64,000 bases of DNA from an uncultured Acidobacteriota bacterium. Its GTDB lineage: Bacteria; Acidobacteriota; Thermoanaerobaculia; Multivoradales; UBA5704. The stretch spans positions 3,136,001 through 3,200,000 of the forward strand of contig OY969474.1 of the NCBI GenBank assembly GCA_963700145.1, read 5' to 3'. Below the pieces are notes generated by a model. It was not told the DNA's origin and searched no databases. It saw only the letters and a list, made by a program, of their open reading frames with translations. A program made the translations under genes and the position numbers. Below, piece by piece: positions 1 to 9,421 of the stretch (position 1 is the first letter of the stretch; each line of letters starts with the position of its first letter).

Positions 1-2
1 GC

Positions 3-233
3 TACCCGGCCTCGGCGCGGCTGATCAATAAGGAAGGGACGGTCGTCGTCGAGGTGGTCGTCGAAACCGACGGCAGCACCGGCGACGTGCGCGTCCTACG
101 CGGCATCCACAAGGCCCTCGACGAAGCCGCCGTCGCCGCCATCCGCCAGTGGCGCTTCCGCCCGGCTCGGGTGGAAGGCAACCCGGTGCGGGCGTACCAC
201 ACGGTGACGGTGCGGTTCGAGCTGCGGCGTTAG
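3..233 (+). CDS. TonB C-terminal domain protein (5' partial)
   Basis: Frame 3 reads YPASARLINKEGTVVVEVVVETDG...ALDEAAVAAIRQWRFRPARVEGNPV...VTVRFEL*, the typical TonB_C pattern; not in the ORF track. Confidence 0.85.
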   Translation, partial: YPASARLINKEGTVVVEVVVETDGSTGDVRVLRGIHKALDEAAVAAIRQWRFRPARVEGNPVRAYHTVTVRFELRR

Positions 234-251
234 GACGCGAGCCTTCCACCG

Positions 252-293
252 GGGCGGCTGAGATCCTTCGGAGCTCAGCCGCCCTGTTTTTTT
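252..293 (+). terminator. Rho-independent terminator
   Basis: GGGCGGCTGAG...CTCAGCCGCCC stem followed by a T run, just after the TonB stop codon. Confidence 0.8.
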
Positions 294-1248
294 GGGGATT
301 ATGCCTGACCAGGGAGCCAGCCGGTCTAAGCTCTCGCGGATGGACAGGCAGGCAGCCGGAGCTGTCTTTCGCCGGTGGGTTGGGCCGGTAGTGAGCTTCC
401 TTCTGGGATGGGCCTACAATCTGACCGGCCCCAAGAATCCGCTCATTGCCCAAGTTCTTCTTGCCATTGCGGCCCTCTGGAGTTTCGCGGCTTTCGTCAC
501 GCTTGAAAGCGTCAGGCGGTTGTCGTGGAGGGCCAAAGGTGTCGTTTGGTCCGCCGCGGCTCTAGTTTTGTGCTTCCTGTGGTGGGGTGCTGCTTACCAC
601 ATCTTCGTCCCACCGCCCGAGATCATTCCAGAACAGCTCGCGGAGGCAGCAGCGGAAGCCGCTCTAAGGAAGCAGGCTGCCGCCCAACCCTTATTTGCGT
701 TTGTCCTACGCTCTTGCGCTCATGACAGAACTGTTGACTGCCTCGAAATTTGGAACCGCGGAGAGCGGATCAGGTCTTTCACTGTACAGCAGTATGCGTT
801 TGTCAGGGTTACCGGTAGAGACTATCCAGCGTCTCGGGTTATCCCCACCCTCTATTACCAAGAGCAGCGACCGACGGGAAAGCTTGCGGGCAAATTGACG
901 ACTCTGGTCGGGGCGCCGCCCAGCGGCGGTTCCCTCCGAACCCTAGACCTTCTCGATTCCCAGATGACGAAGAAGTACGGGGAGTGGAATAGCGTGGTAG
1001 ATATTCGACTCTTTATCGAGATGAAGTACATCGATACCGCCGGAAGTAGCCGTAGCTCCGGCTATGAGATTCTCCTGCGAAATCGCTTCGACCCTATCCG
1101 GATTCTTGACTACGATGTCGGCCGATACGGACATTTCACGCAAGAAGAGGAGCGAATAGAACAGTTATCGGTAGATAGCATCGAGAAGAATTGGGACCGC
1201 TACAGGTCCTCCGACGAAGTATTCCCGAGCCTGTTTCGAGGAGAGTAG
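292..1248 (+). CDS. Hypothetical membrane protein (about 3 N-terminal TM segments plus soluble domain); start uncertain
   Basis: 318-aa ORF with hydrophobic helices; codon usage more AT-rich than the backbone. Confidence 0.6.
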   Translation: MGIMPDQGASRSKLSRMDRQAAGAVFRRWVGPVVSFLLGWAYNLTGPKNPLIAQVLLAIAALWSFAAFVTLESVRRLSWRAKGVVWSAAALVLCFLWWGAAYHIFVPPPEIIPEQLAEAAAEAALRKQAAAQPLFAFVLRSCAHDRTVDCLEIWNRGERIRSFTVQQYAFVRVTGRDYPASRVIPTLYYQEQRPTGKLAGKLTTLVGAPPSGGSLRTLDLLDSQMTKKYGEWNSVVDIRLFIEMKYIDTAGSSRSSGYEILLRNRFDPIRILDYDVGRYGHFTQEEERIEQLSVDSIEKNWDRYRSSDEVFPSLFRGE

Positions 1249-1256
1249 CGAGAGTG

Positions 1257-1430
1257 CTAATCCTCCACCCCGAGGGCCCTGCGAATGATCTCGCTCTTGG
1301 ACGTGCGCTCGCGCTCTGCCTTCTGCGCCAACGCTTCGACTTCATCGGGATGCATAGGTAGGCGACTTCGCGCACCAGTCCGCGACTCGTGGCGGGCCGG
1401 CTTGGGCGGCTTCTTGGCCTTGGACGCCAT
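1257..1430 (-). CDS. Small CopG/ribbon-helix-helix-like protein (57 aa), possibly degenerate
   Basis: Own translation: MASKAKKPPK...HPDEVEALAQKAERERTSKSEIIRRALGVED*; the C-terminus is RHH-like. Confidence 0.5.
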   Translation of the reverse strand: MASKAKKPPKPARHESRTGARSRLPMHPDEVEALAQKAERERTSKSEIIRRALGVED

Positions 1431-1657
1431 GCCGGGAACATGGCCATAGGTGTGGCGCTACTGTAGACACACTGCCGCGCTAGCTCCTTCGCACGGCCCT
1501 TGCCGTTCCCGCGCGACTGGAGTGCGCTCTTCGGCACGGCGAGAATCCCTCGCATCGCCGTGTCGAATTCCAAGGGCTCGGCGAGGTGCATCGGCCCTCC
1601 CTCGCCTTAGGCTGAGGATAGGTGCCTAAGACCTTGGAAGCGGAGACTGGGCACCGG

Positions 1658-2095
1658 TCACCCCGCCGCGAGAGGATGTCGCCAGCGCAGGTGCGGGAAG
1701 CGGCCGAAATCGGAGTCGGTGGTGACCAAGGTGCAGCCGTGCTCGATGGCGATGGCGGCGTGCTGCGCGTCGGCGACGAGCTTCCCGGTCGCCTTGGCGG
1801 CGCGGCAGAGCTCGCCGACGAGCTCCCAGTGCTTTGGTCCAGGACCCAGTAGAAAAGCTGTCGGCCGGCTCGTCAGCTCGTCTGCGAAGCCGAGCGCCTC
1901 CTCCAGCGTCGACGGGCGGCGAAAGATGCGCGGGTTGGTCACGATGCGGACGAGCCCGACGAGGGTGAGAACCGATAGCGCGAAGGGCTCCGGGCCCGTT
2001 GCCAGGTTCGCGACCCAGTCGGCGAAGCGCGGGTGCTCCGCGTGGCTGTCCGCGCGGTGCGCGTAGACGAGGACGTTGACGTCTGGAAGCAGCAC
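1658..2095 (-). CDS. vapC: VapC PIN-domain toxin
   Basis: LLPDVNVLVYA...VADAQHAAIAIEHGCTLVTTDSDFGRF PIN motifs. Confidence 0.92.
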   Translation of the reverse strand: MLLPDVNVLVYAHRADSHAEHPRFADWVANLATGPEPFALSVLTLVGLVRIVTNPRIFRRPSTLEEALGFADELTSRPTAFLLGPGPKHWELVGELCRAAKATGKLVADAQHAAIAIEHGCTLVTTDSDFGRFPHLRWRHPLAAG

Positions 2096-2096
2096 G

Positions 2097-2363
2097 TCAG
2101 GTCTCCTCGTCGGCGGATCCGTAGATGGCCTCGTCCTCCGCGACGAGAAGCTCCGAAGTCCGGTCGAGGTCGATGCCGGGACGGGGACCGCCGCCGCCGA
2201 CGGTGATGAGCCGGAACGGAGGCGGCTCGTCTGGGCGGGGCCGCTTGGCGAGATACTCCTCGAGCGCGCGCGACACCAAACCGCTCAAGGACTTCCCCTC
2301 GCGCCGAGCGCGGCTCCGCGCCGCCTCTCCAAGCCGGTCGTCGACGAAGATCGTCGTCCTCAT
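2097..2363 (-). CDS. vapB: VapB/CopG-family antitoxin
   Basis: MRTTIFVDD...SLSGLVSRAL...GIDLDRTSELL, directly upstream of vapC. Confidence 0.85.
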   Translation of the reverse strand: MRTTIFVDDRLGEAARSRARREGKSLSGLVSRALEEYLAKRPRPDEPPPFRLITVGGGGPRPGIDLDRTSELLVAEDEAIYGSADEET

Positions 2364-2405
2364 GTGGCGTAGAGTACCACGGGTTCATACCGTAATACTA
2401 CGACC

Positions 2406-2474
2406 TTAATCCCTCTCGACTAAAGTGTTCCAGGTCTTGAGCTTATCGGCGAGTGAGTTGGGGTTCGTGGGCAT
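2406..2474 (-). pseudogene. 22-codon ORF with strong RBS, probably a truncated gene start
   Basis: AAGGAGAGG-ATC-ATG then MPTNPNSLADKLKTWNTLVERD*. Confidence 0.35.
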
Positions 2475-2507
2475 GATCCTCTCCTTCGAACGGGGGTTTG
2501 CGGGGCG

Positions 2508-2739
2508 CCGGAGATAGATCTCGAGGACCCGGAGATAGATCTCGGCGGTCCGGAGATAGATCTCGAGCTATGGAAGATTCATCTCGGGCGCTCCGGGATA
2601 GATCTCAGAGGGCCGAAGACTTATCTTTCGGAGCTCCGGGATAGATCTCCGTGGCTCTGGGATAGATCTCGGGAGGCCCGGGATAGATCTCCGGGACTCC
2701 GGGATAAATCTCCGGGGCTCCGGGATAGATCTCGGACGA
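2508..2739. repeat. Array of 11 degenerate 21-nt tandem repeats with core GATAGATCTC
   Basis: Units start at 2508, 2529, 2550, 2571, 2592, 2613, 2635, 2656, 2677, 2698, 2719. Confidence 0.92.
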
Positions 2740-2840
2740 AGAGCGAAAGGGGAGGAAGTCCGGCGGACTACGCCTCGGTTACGCCGGTTGTCGGGGCGGG
2801 GCTCCGGCGTTTCAGCCGCCGCGTCCTTAGAATCCACACG

Positions 2841-3431
2841 ATGGCGGACGACGAGGTGCTGTACTTCGCCACGCCCGCCGCCTGGCGCGGCTGGCTGGAG
2901 AAGCACCACGACAAGGCGAAGGAGCTGTGGGTCGGCTTCTACAAGCGGGACTCGGGGAAGCCGTCGATCACCTGGCCCCAGTCCGTCGACGAGGCGCTCT
3001 GCTTCGGCTGGATCGACGGCGTGCGCAAGTCGATCGACGAGACGCGCTACAAGATCCGTTTCACCCCGCGCAAGCCGACCAGCACCTGGAGCAGCGTCAA
3101 CATCAAGCGCGTCGCCGAGCTCACCGAGCTTGGCCGCATGCGCCCCGCCGGCCTCGCCGCCTTCGAGCGGCGCAGCGAGAAGAGATCGGGGATCTACGCC
3201 TACGAGCAGCGCAAGGAGATCGTGCTCGACCCCGCCTACGAGAAGAAGCTCCGCGCCAACAAGAAGGCCTGGGTGTTCTTCACGTCGTCGGCCCCTTCCT
3301 ACCAGCACGTCATCCTCTTCTGGATCATGGGCGCCAAGCAGGAGCAGACCCGCCTGCGCCGCCTCGAGCGGCTCATCGAGGACTCCGCCGCCGGCCGCAA
3401 GGTCGGGATCATGGGAGCTGCGGCAAAGTGA
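2841..3431 (+). CDS. YdeI/OmpD-associated family protein
   Basis: WRGWLEKHH...VDEALCFGWIDG...RFTPRKPTSTWS...AKQEQTRLRRL. Confidence 0.9.
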   Translation: MADDEVLYFATPAAWRGWLEKHHDKAKELWVGFYKRDSGKPSITWPQSVDEALCFGWIDGVRKSIDETRYKIRFTPRKPTSTWSSVNIKRVAELTELGRMRPAGLAAFERRSEKRSGIYAYEQRKEIVLDPAYEKKLRANKKAWVFFTSSAPSYQHVILFWIMGAKQEQTRLRRLERLIEDSAAGRKVGIMGAAAK

Positions 3432-3455
3432 AAGGGGGGCGGTTGCCCGCCCCCC
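3431..3455. terminator. Hairpin between convergent genes
   Basis: GGGGGGCGG-TTGC-CCGCCCCCC, followed by TTT on the minus strand. Confidence 0.6.
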
Positions 3456-3488
3456 GGAAGGGTCCTGCTGTTTGCCTAGCGCCCCGCT

Positions 3489-6425
3489 CTAGAAGTCGTA
3501 CCGCAGCGAGAGCTGGAAGGTACGCGGGGTCGCATAGACGCCGTTGAGGGCGCCGAAGCCGGCGCGGGTCGGCGTCGCGCTCGTGGCGCTGCCCCAGACG
3601 GGCTGGGTGACGAAGCGGTTGGCGGCGTCGCTGCAGTTGAAGCACTCCACCCCCACCGCGAGGTCGCCGGGGCCGATGCCGAACTCCTTGAACACCCGCA
3701 GGTCGAGCTGGCGGAAGTCCGGCTGGCGGAAGCTGTTGCGGCCGAAGTGCTCGCCGTTGACCGTCGGGCGGTCGGTCGCGGTCTCACCGTCGAAGTTGAC
3801 GTCGGACCCGACCGTGGCGTTGAAGGGCGAGCCGGTGGCGAAACGGAAGCTGCCCGAGAGGCCGAGCCCCCAGAACGGCGTCCGCCAGAGGGCGTTCGCC
3901 CCGACCTTCCACTCCTGGTCGCGGTTCGACGGCCCCCAGTTGAGGTCGAGGTTGTTGAAGTCCTCGGCCTGGATGCCGGCGAAGTTCCGCTCGTTCGAGT
4001 CGCTGTCCTCGTCCTCCGACCAGGTGATCGACGCGAAGGCGCTCCAGTTGTCGGAGTAGCGGCGGTTGAAGCTGCCGGTGATCGCCTTGAACTCGGACTC
4101 GGCGTCCGAGAGGCTGGTGGTGATCCGGCCGTAGAAGGGGAACGGGAAGACCGTGCGGCTGTAGGTCGGCAGCCCGTTGGCGCCGACGCCGCCGTCGTAG
4201 ACGCGGTTGATGTCGGTCAGGCGCTGGAGCTGCTTGCCCTCGGCGTAGGTCAGGTCGAGTCCCACCGAGGCGTTGGCCATGACCTCGTGCTGCACGCCGA
4301 GCGTCAGGCGGTCGGTGTAGGGGTTCTCGAAGCTCTCGTCGACCGTGAAGACGCCGGGGCGCGGCACGAAGGGCACCCGCGTGAAGTCGATGCGCTCGAC
4401 CCCCACCGGCGTCCAGGACGTGCCGAAGCCCAGGGGACCTGCCAGCGGATCGGTCGGCGCCTGGACGACCCCGTTCACGACCCGGTTGCTGATGATGTAC
4501 TGCGTGCCTTTCAGGCCGTTCGAGGTGTAGAGCTGGGCGAGCAGGATGGCCGGCGTGCGGCTCCAGAAGCGCCCGGCCGAGACGCGCACCACGGTGTCCT
4601 CCCGCGGCGACCAGGAGACGCCGAGGCGCGGCGAGATCTGGTCGGTCAGGTCCATGTCGGGGATGTCGCGGCTGAGGTTGAAGGAGCCGTTCGGGTTGCG
4701 GTCGTCCGGGTTGAGGATCGGGTCGTCCGGGTTGTCGAGCGCCTCGAAGCGCAGGCCGCCGCTGACGGTCAGGTTGGAGCTCGCGAACCACTGGTCCTGG
4801 AAGAAGAGGGCCTGCTCCTTCTGCCCGAAGCTGGCCCGGCCGGCCTCGATCGAGGTCAGGCCGCCGACGCCGCCGAACTGCCGGTACTGCGACCACCGTC
4901 CGGCCAGCAGGTCGGCCTCGTTGTTGAAGACGAAGACGCCGCGCCAGTTGCCGCGGAAGACCTGGTCGATCGAGGTGTCGTTGTACTCGAGCCCGCCCTT
5001 CAGGACGTGGTCGCCGACCGAGTAGGTCACCGTGTCGCCGAACGCCTTGCGCTCGGTGTCCGTGGGGTCGATCGGCAGGAAGCTGACCTCGCCGTAGCGG
5101 AAGGCGCCGAGCTGGATCTCGGGGAGGTTCAGGCCCTTGTCGGCGCGCGGCGTCGACTCCTCGATGAAGTTGAGGTTGAGGTCGTTGAGCAGGCTCGCGC
5201 CGAAGGCGCCCGACCACTGCCCGACCCAGGCGTCGGTGTTGAGCCCCTCGACGCCGTTGTAGCTCGCGGTGCGGGTCTGCGAGTTCGAGGTGCCGTTGAC
5301 TCCCTCGTAGTCGGTGAAGTTGCCGCGCAGCATGAAGCGGTGGGCCGGGCTCGCCTGGAAGTCGAGGCGGCCGAAGAGGACGTCGCCGTCCTGGGTCTGC
5401 ACGTACTGCGGGGACGAGGCGAGCGCCGGGTAGCGGGCGAAGATGTCGGCGTCGAGCACCAGCGGGTTGATCGGGATGGTCTCGCTCTTGGCCTGCTCGT
5501 CGTAGGACACGAAGTAGAAGAGCTTGTCCTGGATGATGCGGCCGCCGAGCGAGCCGCCGTACTGCTCCTTCTCCTGGTCGCCCGGCGCGGTGCCGTTGTT
5601 GAAGTCGGCGATGTAGTCCTGCGGCTGGTTGTAATAGAAGACCGAGCCGTGCAGGTTGTTGGTGCCGCTCTTGGTGATGACGTTGACGAAGCCGCCGCCG
5701 GAGCGCCCGAACTCGACCGAGGCGCCGTTGGTGATGACGGTGAACTCCTTGATCGACTCCTGCGAGATGGCGAGCGGCGCGCGCCCCTCGGCGCCGCCGA
5801 CGGTGCCGCCGAAGAAAGCGTTGTTGAAGTCGACGCCGTCGATGGTGACGTTGGTGTTGATGCCGCGCTGGCCGGAGATCGCCAGGTTGCCGCGCTCGGA
5901 ATCGGTGCGCGTCTGCGGCGTCATCAGCACCAGGTTCTTGAAGTCGCGGCCGCTCACCGGCAGCGCTTCGATCTGCTCGGTCTGGATGGTCGTCGAGGAG
6001 GAGGTGTTGGTGACCTCGACCAGCGGCACCGTGTCGGTGACGGTGATCGTGTCGGCCACCTGCGCCGGCTGCATCGTGAAGTTGATCGTCGGCGCCGAGC
6101 CGAGGAGCAGCCGCACGTCGGGCTGCTCCAAGGTGGCGAACCCGTCGAGCGCGGCGGTCAGCACGTAGGTGCCGGTCGGCAGGTTCAAGAGGCGGTAGAA
6201 GCCGTTCTCGTCGGTGACCCCCGTCACGACGAGCCCCGTCTCGGTGTTGCGAGCCTCGATGGTCACGCCCGGCAGCGGCGTGCCTTCACCGTCGGTGACG
6301 ATGCCGGAGATGCGGCTGGTCGTGACGTCCGTCTGGGCCAGGCCGGGGGCAGCGGCGCCCAGGAACAGGACGGCGGCGAGGAGCGCCCACACTCCCCGCA
6401 TGGGGTTGGTTAGGCCGGACAGCAT
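3489..6425 (-). CDS. TonB-dependent receptor, Oar-like, with N-terminal carboxypeptidase-regulatory-like domain
   Basis: Signal peptide; plug motif EFGRSGGGFVNVITKSGTN; C-terminal FQLSLRYDF. Confidence 0.92.
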   Translation of the reverse strand: MLSGLTNPMRGVWALLAAVLFLGAAAPGLAQTDVTTSRISGIVTDGEGTPLPGVTIEARNTETGLVVTGVTDENGFYRLLNLPTGTYVLTAALDGFATLEQPDVRLLLGSAPTINFTMQPAQVADTITVTDTVPLVEVTNTSSSTTIQTEQIEALPVSGRDFKNLVLMTPQTRTDSERGNLAISGQRGINTNVTIDGVDFNNAFFGGTVGGAEGRAPLAISQESIKEFTVITNGASVEFGRSGGGFVNVITKSGTNNLHGSVFYYNQPQDYIADFNNGTAPGDQEKEQYGGSLGGRIIQDKLFYFVSYDEQAKSETIPINPLVLDADIFARYPALASSPQYVQTQDGDVLFGRLDFQASPAHRFMLRGNFTDYEGVNGTSNSQTRTASYNGVEGLNTDAWVGQWSGAFGASLLNDLNLNFIEESTPRADKGLNLPEIQLGAFRYGEVSFLPIDPTDTERKAFGDTVTYSVGDHVLKGGLEYNDTSIDQVFRGNWRGVFVFNNEADLLAGRWSQYRQFGGVGGLTSIEAGRASFGQKEQALFFQDQWFASSNLTVSGGLRFEALDNPDDPILNPDDRNPNGSFNLSRDIPDMDLTDQISPRLGVSWSPREDTVVRVSAGRFWSRTPAILLAQLYTSNGLKGTQYIISNRVVNGVVQAPTDPLAGPLGFGTSWTPVGVERIDFTRVPFVPRPGVFTVDESFENPYTDRLTLGVQHEVMANASVGLDLTYAEGKQLQRLTDINRVYDGGVGANGLPTYSRTVFPFPFYGRITTSLSDAESEFKAITGSFNRRYSDNWSAFASITWSEDEDSDSNERNFAGIQAEDFNNLDLNWGPSNRDQEWKVGANALWRTPFWGLGLSGSFRFATGSPFNATVGSDVNFDGETATDRPTVNGEHFGRNSFRQPDFRQLDLRVFKEFGIGPGDLAVGVECFNCSDAANRFVTQPVWGSATSATPTRAGFGALNGVYATPRTFQLSLRYDF

Positions 6426-6515
6426 AAGGACCCTCCTTTGGTCTTTGGTGGTCGGTGGGGAACGGCGCGATTCTAGCCCAAAGCGGGTCTAGAATCGCGC
6501 AAGAGGCCCATCCTT

Positions 6516-7319
6516 TTGTACTCCCGCAATCCCGGTCCCGGTCGCGTCGCTCTGGGCGGGCTGGGGCTCGGCGGGCCGGCGCCGCGCGACCTGCTGGCGC
6601 TCCTCGCCGTCCTCTTCGCCACCTTCGCGCTGCAGTTCCTGGCCCCGGCGCTGGTGGCGCCGCTGCGGCTCACCTCCGAGGCCTGGCGCAGCCTCTGGCT
6701 CTGGCAGCCGCTGACCTACGCCGCCATTGGGTACGGGCCGCCCAGCCTCTGGTTCTTGCTCGAGCTGCTGATGCTCTTCTGGTTCGGGCGCGACGTCTAC
6801 GGCCAGCTCGGCCGGCGGCGTTTCTGGCGCACCTTGGCCGCCGGGGCGCTCGCCGCGGCGGCGGCGGCGCTTGCCGTCGATCTCGCCGGCGCGTTCCTCG
6901 CCGGGCGTCCGGCCACCCTCTTCTCGCTGATGCAGGGGCAGCGGATCGTCCTCGTTGTCGTGGTGGCCGCCTTCGCCACCCTCTACCGCGACGCCACGAT
7001 CTACCTCTTCTTCATCCTGCCGCTGCCGGCCCGCTGGCTCCTCTGGACCACTCTCCTGATCGCCTTCATCGGCTTCCTGCAGATGCCGGCGCCGGGGCAG
7101 CCGCGCGACCTGCCGGGGCTCCTCGGGATCTGCGCCGCCGTCGCGGCGACCTGGCTGGCGCTGACCGGCCGCGGCTCCCGCCGCGGCCTGCGCGACTCGC
7201 GGCTGCGGCTCGAGCGCTGGTGGCTCGAGCGGCGGCTGGACCGCCACCGCCGCAAGAGCCGGCTGCGCGTCGTGCGCGAAGACCCGGGCGAGGTGCGCAA
7301 GGGCCCCTGGGTCCACTAG
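6516..7319 (+). CDS. Rhomboid-like membrane protein
   Basis: LWLWQPLTY, MLFWFGRDVYGQLGRRRF and several TM helices; a catalytic GxS motif is not evident. Confidence 0.65.
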   Translation: MYSRNPGPGRVALGGLGLGGPAPRDLLALLAVLFATFALQFLAPALVAPLRLTSEAWRSLWLWQPLTYAAIGYGPPSLWFLLELLMLFWFGRDVYGQLGRRRFWRTLAAGALAAAAAALAVDLAGAFLAGRPATLFSLMQGQRIVLVVVVAAFATLYRDATIYLFFILPLPARWLLWTTLLIAFIGFLQMPAPGQPRDLPGLLGICAAVAATWLALTGRGSRRGLRDSRLRLERWWLERRLDRHRRKSRLRVVREDPGEVRKGPWVH

Positions 7320-7323
7320 CTCC

Positions 7324-7791
7324 CTACATTTCCACCCCCGCCGCCGCCAGCCAGCGCTCCATCCGCGTCACGTGCGTGGCGCGCCAGTAGTAGCGGCCGC
7401 AGCCGGGGCAGCGGCGGAACTTCTCCTGGGTGCGGGCGACGAATGGGGGCACGTGCTGGCGCGCCGTCGCGGCGTCCACCGGCACCAGCGGCGTGTTGCA
7501 GCGCAGGCAGCGGGTGAAGAGGCCCGCCGGGTCGGGCGTCAGCGCCAGCTCGTCGAGCACCTGGCGGAGCTGCTCGGGGACGCGGCCGGAGCGCACCAAG
7601 AGGTGGTCCCGGGCGAGGCGGCGCTCCAGGAGCTTGCGGTCGCGGGTGAGGATCGTCCGGCCCTCGGCGGCGGCGAGCTGCACGAGAGCGCCGTCGTCGA
7701 GCCCCGGGTCGTAGGCCGTGTCGAGGCCGAGCACCCGCAGCCAGCGGGCGAGTGCCCCGAGCATCGCGTCGGCGAAGAGGCGGCCGGCCAT
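7324..7791 (-). CDS. Mut7-C RNase (PIN-like) domain protein
   Basis: ADAMLGALARWLRVLGLD...ILTRDRKL...RCLRCN...CPGCGRYYWRATH; start trimmed to ATG 7791. Confidence 0.9.
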   Translation of the reverse strand: MAGRLFADAMLGALARWLRVLGLDTAYDPGLDDGALVQLAAAEGRTILTRDRKLLERRLARDHLLVRSGRVPEQLRQVLDELALTPDPAGLFTRCLRCNTPLVPVDAATARQHVPPFVARTQEKFRRCPGCGRYYWRATHVTRMERWLAAAGVEM

Positions 7792-7873
7792 CCGCGCCGT
7801 TTCTACCACCCGGCCGGCCCGCGAATGAACCGTTCCCGGCCGCCGCGGGACGTACCCTGCGGAGGAGTCTTCT

Positions 7874-9319
7874 ATGAGAAAGCCGCTCCAGATCGCCGGG
7901 CTCGTGGCCTGGGTGCTGTTCGCGACCGCCGCGGCGCGCGCGCAGTACGACGATCCCCCCGATCCCGAGCCGGGCGCCAACTGCCTGGCCGGCGACGTCC
8001 AGATCAACGCCGGGACCAACAACCGCTTCACTCCCGGCAACACGACCATCCAGCAGGGCCAGATCGTCTGCTTCCGCAACAACACGTCGATCCCGCACAG
8101 CGTCCACGCCACCGGCCTCTTCCAGTGCTCGGGCGACTGCGACCCCAACCCCAACAACCCCAGCGGACCGCTGGGCGAGCCGTCCACCGGCTGGGTGACG
8201 CGCATCCGCTTCACCGACACCGGGACGGTCAACTACTTCTGCGACCTGCACGTCAGCATGGGGATGACCGGCACGATCGTCGTCCAAGGCTCCACCGCCA
8301 CCACGCCGGGAGCGCTCTCCTACACCGTCTCCAACTTCTCCGTCTCCGAGGCCGGCGGCAACGCCACGATCAACGTGCGGCGCACCGGCGGCGACGACGG
8401 CGCGGTCTCCGTCCAGTACGCGACGGCGAACGGCAGCGCGACGGCCGGCAGCGACTACACGACCAAGACCGGCACCCTCTCCTGGCCCGACAACGACGAC
8501 AACAACAAGAGCTTCACCGTCGCGATCGCCAACGACACCGCGGACGAGGCGAACGAGACGGTGCAGCTCAGCCTGAGCGCCCCGACCGGCGGCGCCACGC
8601 TCGGCAGCCCGTCGTCGGCGACCCTCACCATCAACGACAACGACGGCGGCGGCGGTGGCGGCGGCGGCACGACGGCGCCGGCGGCGCCGAGCCTCCTCAA
8701 GGCGCGCGGCGACTCGACCACCGAGATCCTCCTCACCTGGAAGGACAACGCGACCAACGAGACGCAGGTCCTGATCGAGCGGCGGCCGCTCGAAGGGGGC
8801 ACCTTCGTCCAGGTCGGCACCGCCGCGGCCAACGCGACCGCGTTCACCGCCGGCGGGCTGACGCCGGAGACCGCCTACGAGTTCCGGGTGCGCGCCGCCA
8901 ACTCCGGCGGCAACTCGGCCTACTCCAACGTCGCCGACGCCTCGACCGACACCAACGACGTCGGACCCTGCATCGACGGCCCCAACACCCTCTGCGTCAA
9001 CAACGAGCGCTTCAAGATCGAGGTCGACTTCGCAACCGCCCAGAACAGCGGCGCCGCCTCGGCCGTGGCGATCCCCACGGCGCCGGCCTCCGGCCTTTTC
9101 TACTTCTTCGGCGCCGACAACATCGAGCTGCTGATCAAGGTGCTCAACGCCTGCGGCGTCAACAACCGCTACTGGGTCTTCTTCGCCGCCACCACGAACG
9201 TCGAGTTCACGGTGAAAGTGCTCGACACCCAAACCGGAAAGACGCGGTTCTACTTCAACCCGCTCAACCGGACCGCGCCGCCGGTCCAGGACACGGACGC
9301 CTTCTCGACCTGTCCGTAA
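7874..9319 (+). CDS. Secreted cupredoxin + Calx-beta + FN3 protein with Cys-containing C-terminal domain
   Basis: Signal peptide; PHSV...YFCDLHVSMGM copper ligands; ATAGSDY Calx-beta; PETAYEFRVRA FN3. Confidence 0.85.
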   Translation: MRKPLQIAGLVAWVLFATAAARAQYDDPPDPEPGANCLAGDVQINAGTNNRFTPGNTTIQQGQIVCFRNNTSIPHSVHATGLFQCSGDCDPNPNNPSGPLGEPSTGWVTRIRFTDTGTVNYFCDLHVSMGMTGTIVVQGSTATTPGALSYTVSNFSVSEAGGNATINVRRTGGDDGAVSVQYATANGSATAGSDYTTKTGTLSWPDNDDNNKSFTVAIANDTADEANETVQLSLSAPTGGATLGSPSSATLTINDNDGGGGGGGGTTAPAAPSLLKARGDSTTEILLTWKDNATNETQVLIERRPLEGGTFVQVGTAAANATAFTAGGLTPETAYEFRVRAANSGGNSAYSNVADASTDTNDVGPCIDGPNTLCVNNERFKIEVDFATAQNSGAASAVAIPTAPASGLFYFFGADNIELLIKVLNACGVNNRYWVFFAATTNVEFTVKVLDTQTGKTRFYFNPLNRTAPPVQDTDAFSTCP

Positions 9320-9336
9320 TCAGGGCCCTCCAGGGC

Positions 9337-9383
9337 CGGCCGGCCCCCGTTTTTTCCCGCGAGGGGGCCGGCCGATTTTTTTT
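9337..9383 (+). terminator. Rho-independent terminator
   Basis: CGGCCGGCCCCC...GGGGGCCGGCCG followed by an A and a T run. Confidence 0.7.
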
Positions 9384-9421
9384 CCACCGGTCTCCTTTAG
9401 GATGCAGCCAGAGAGTCTCCG

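Noticed and set aside
2508-2739. CRISPR array
   Set aside because: Unit is only 21 nt with about 6-nt variable parts, far too short for spacers, and there are no cas genes
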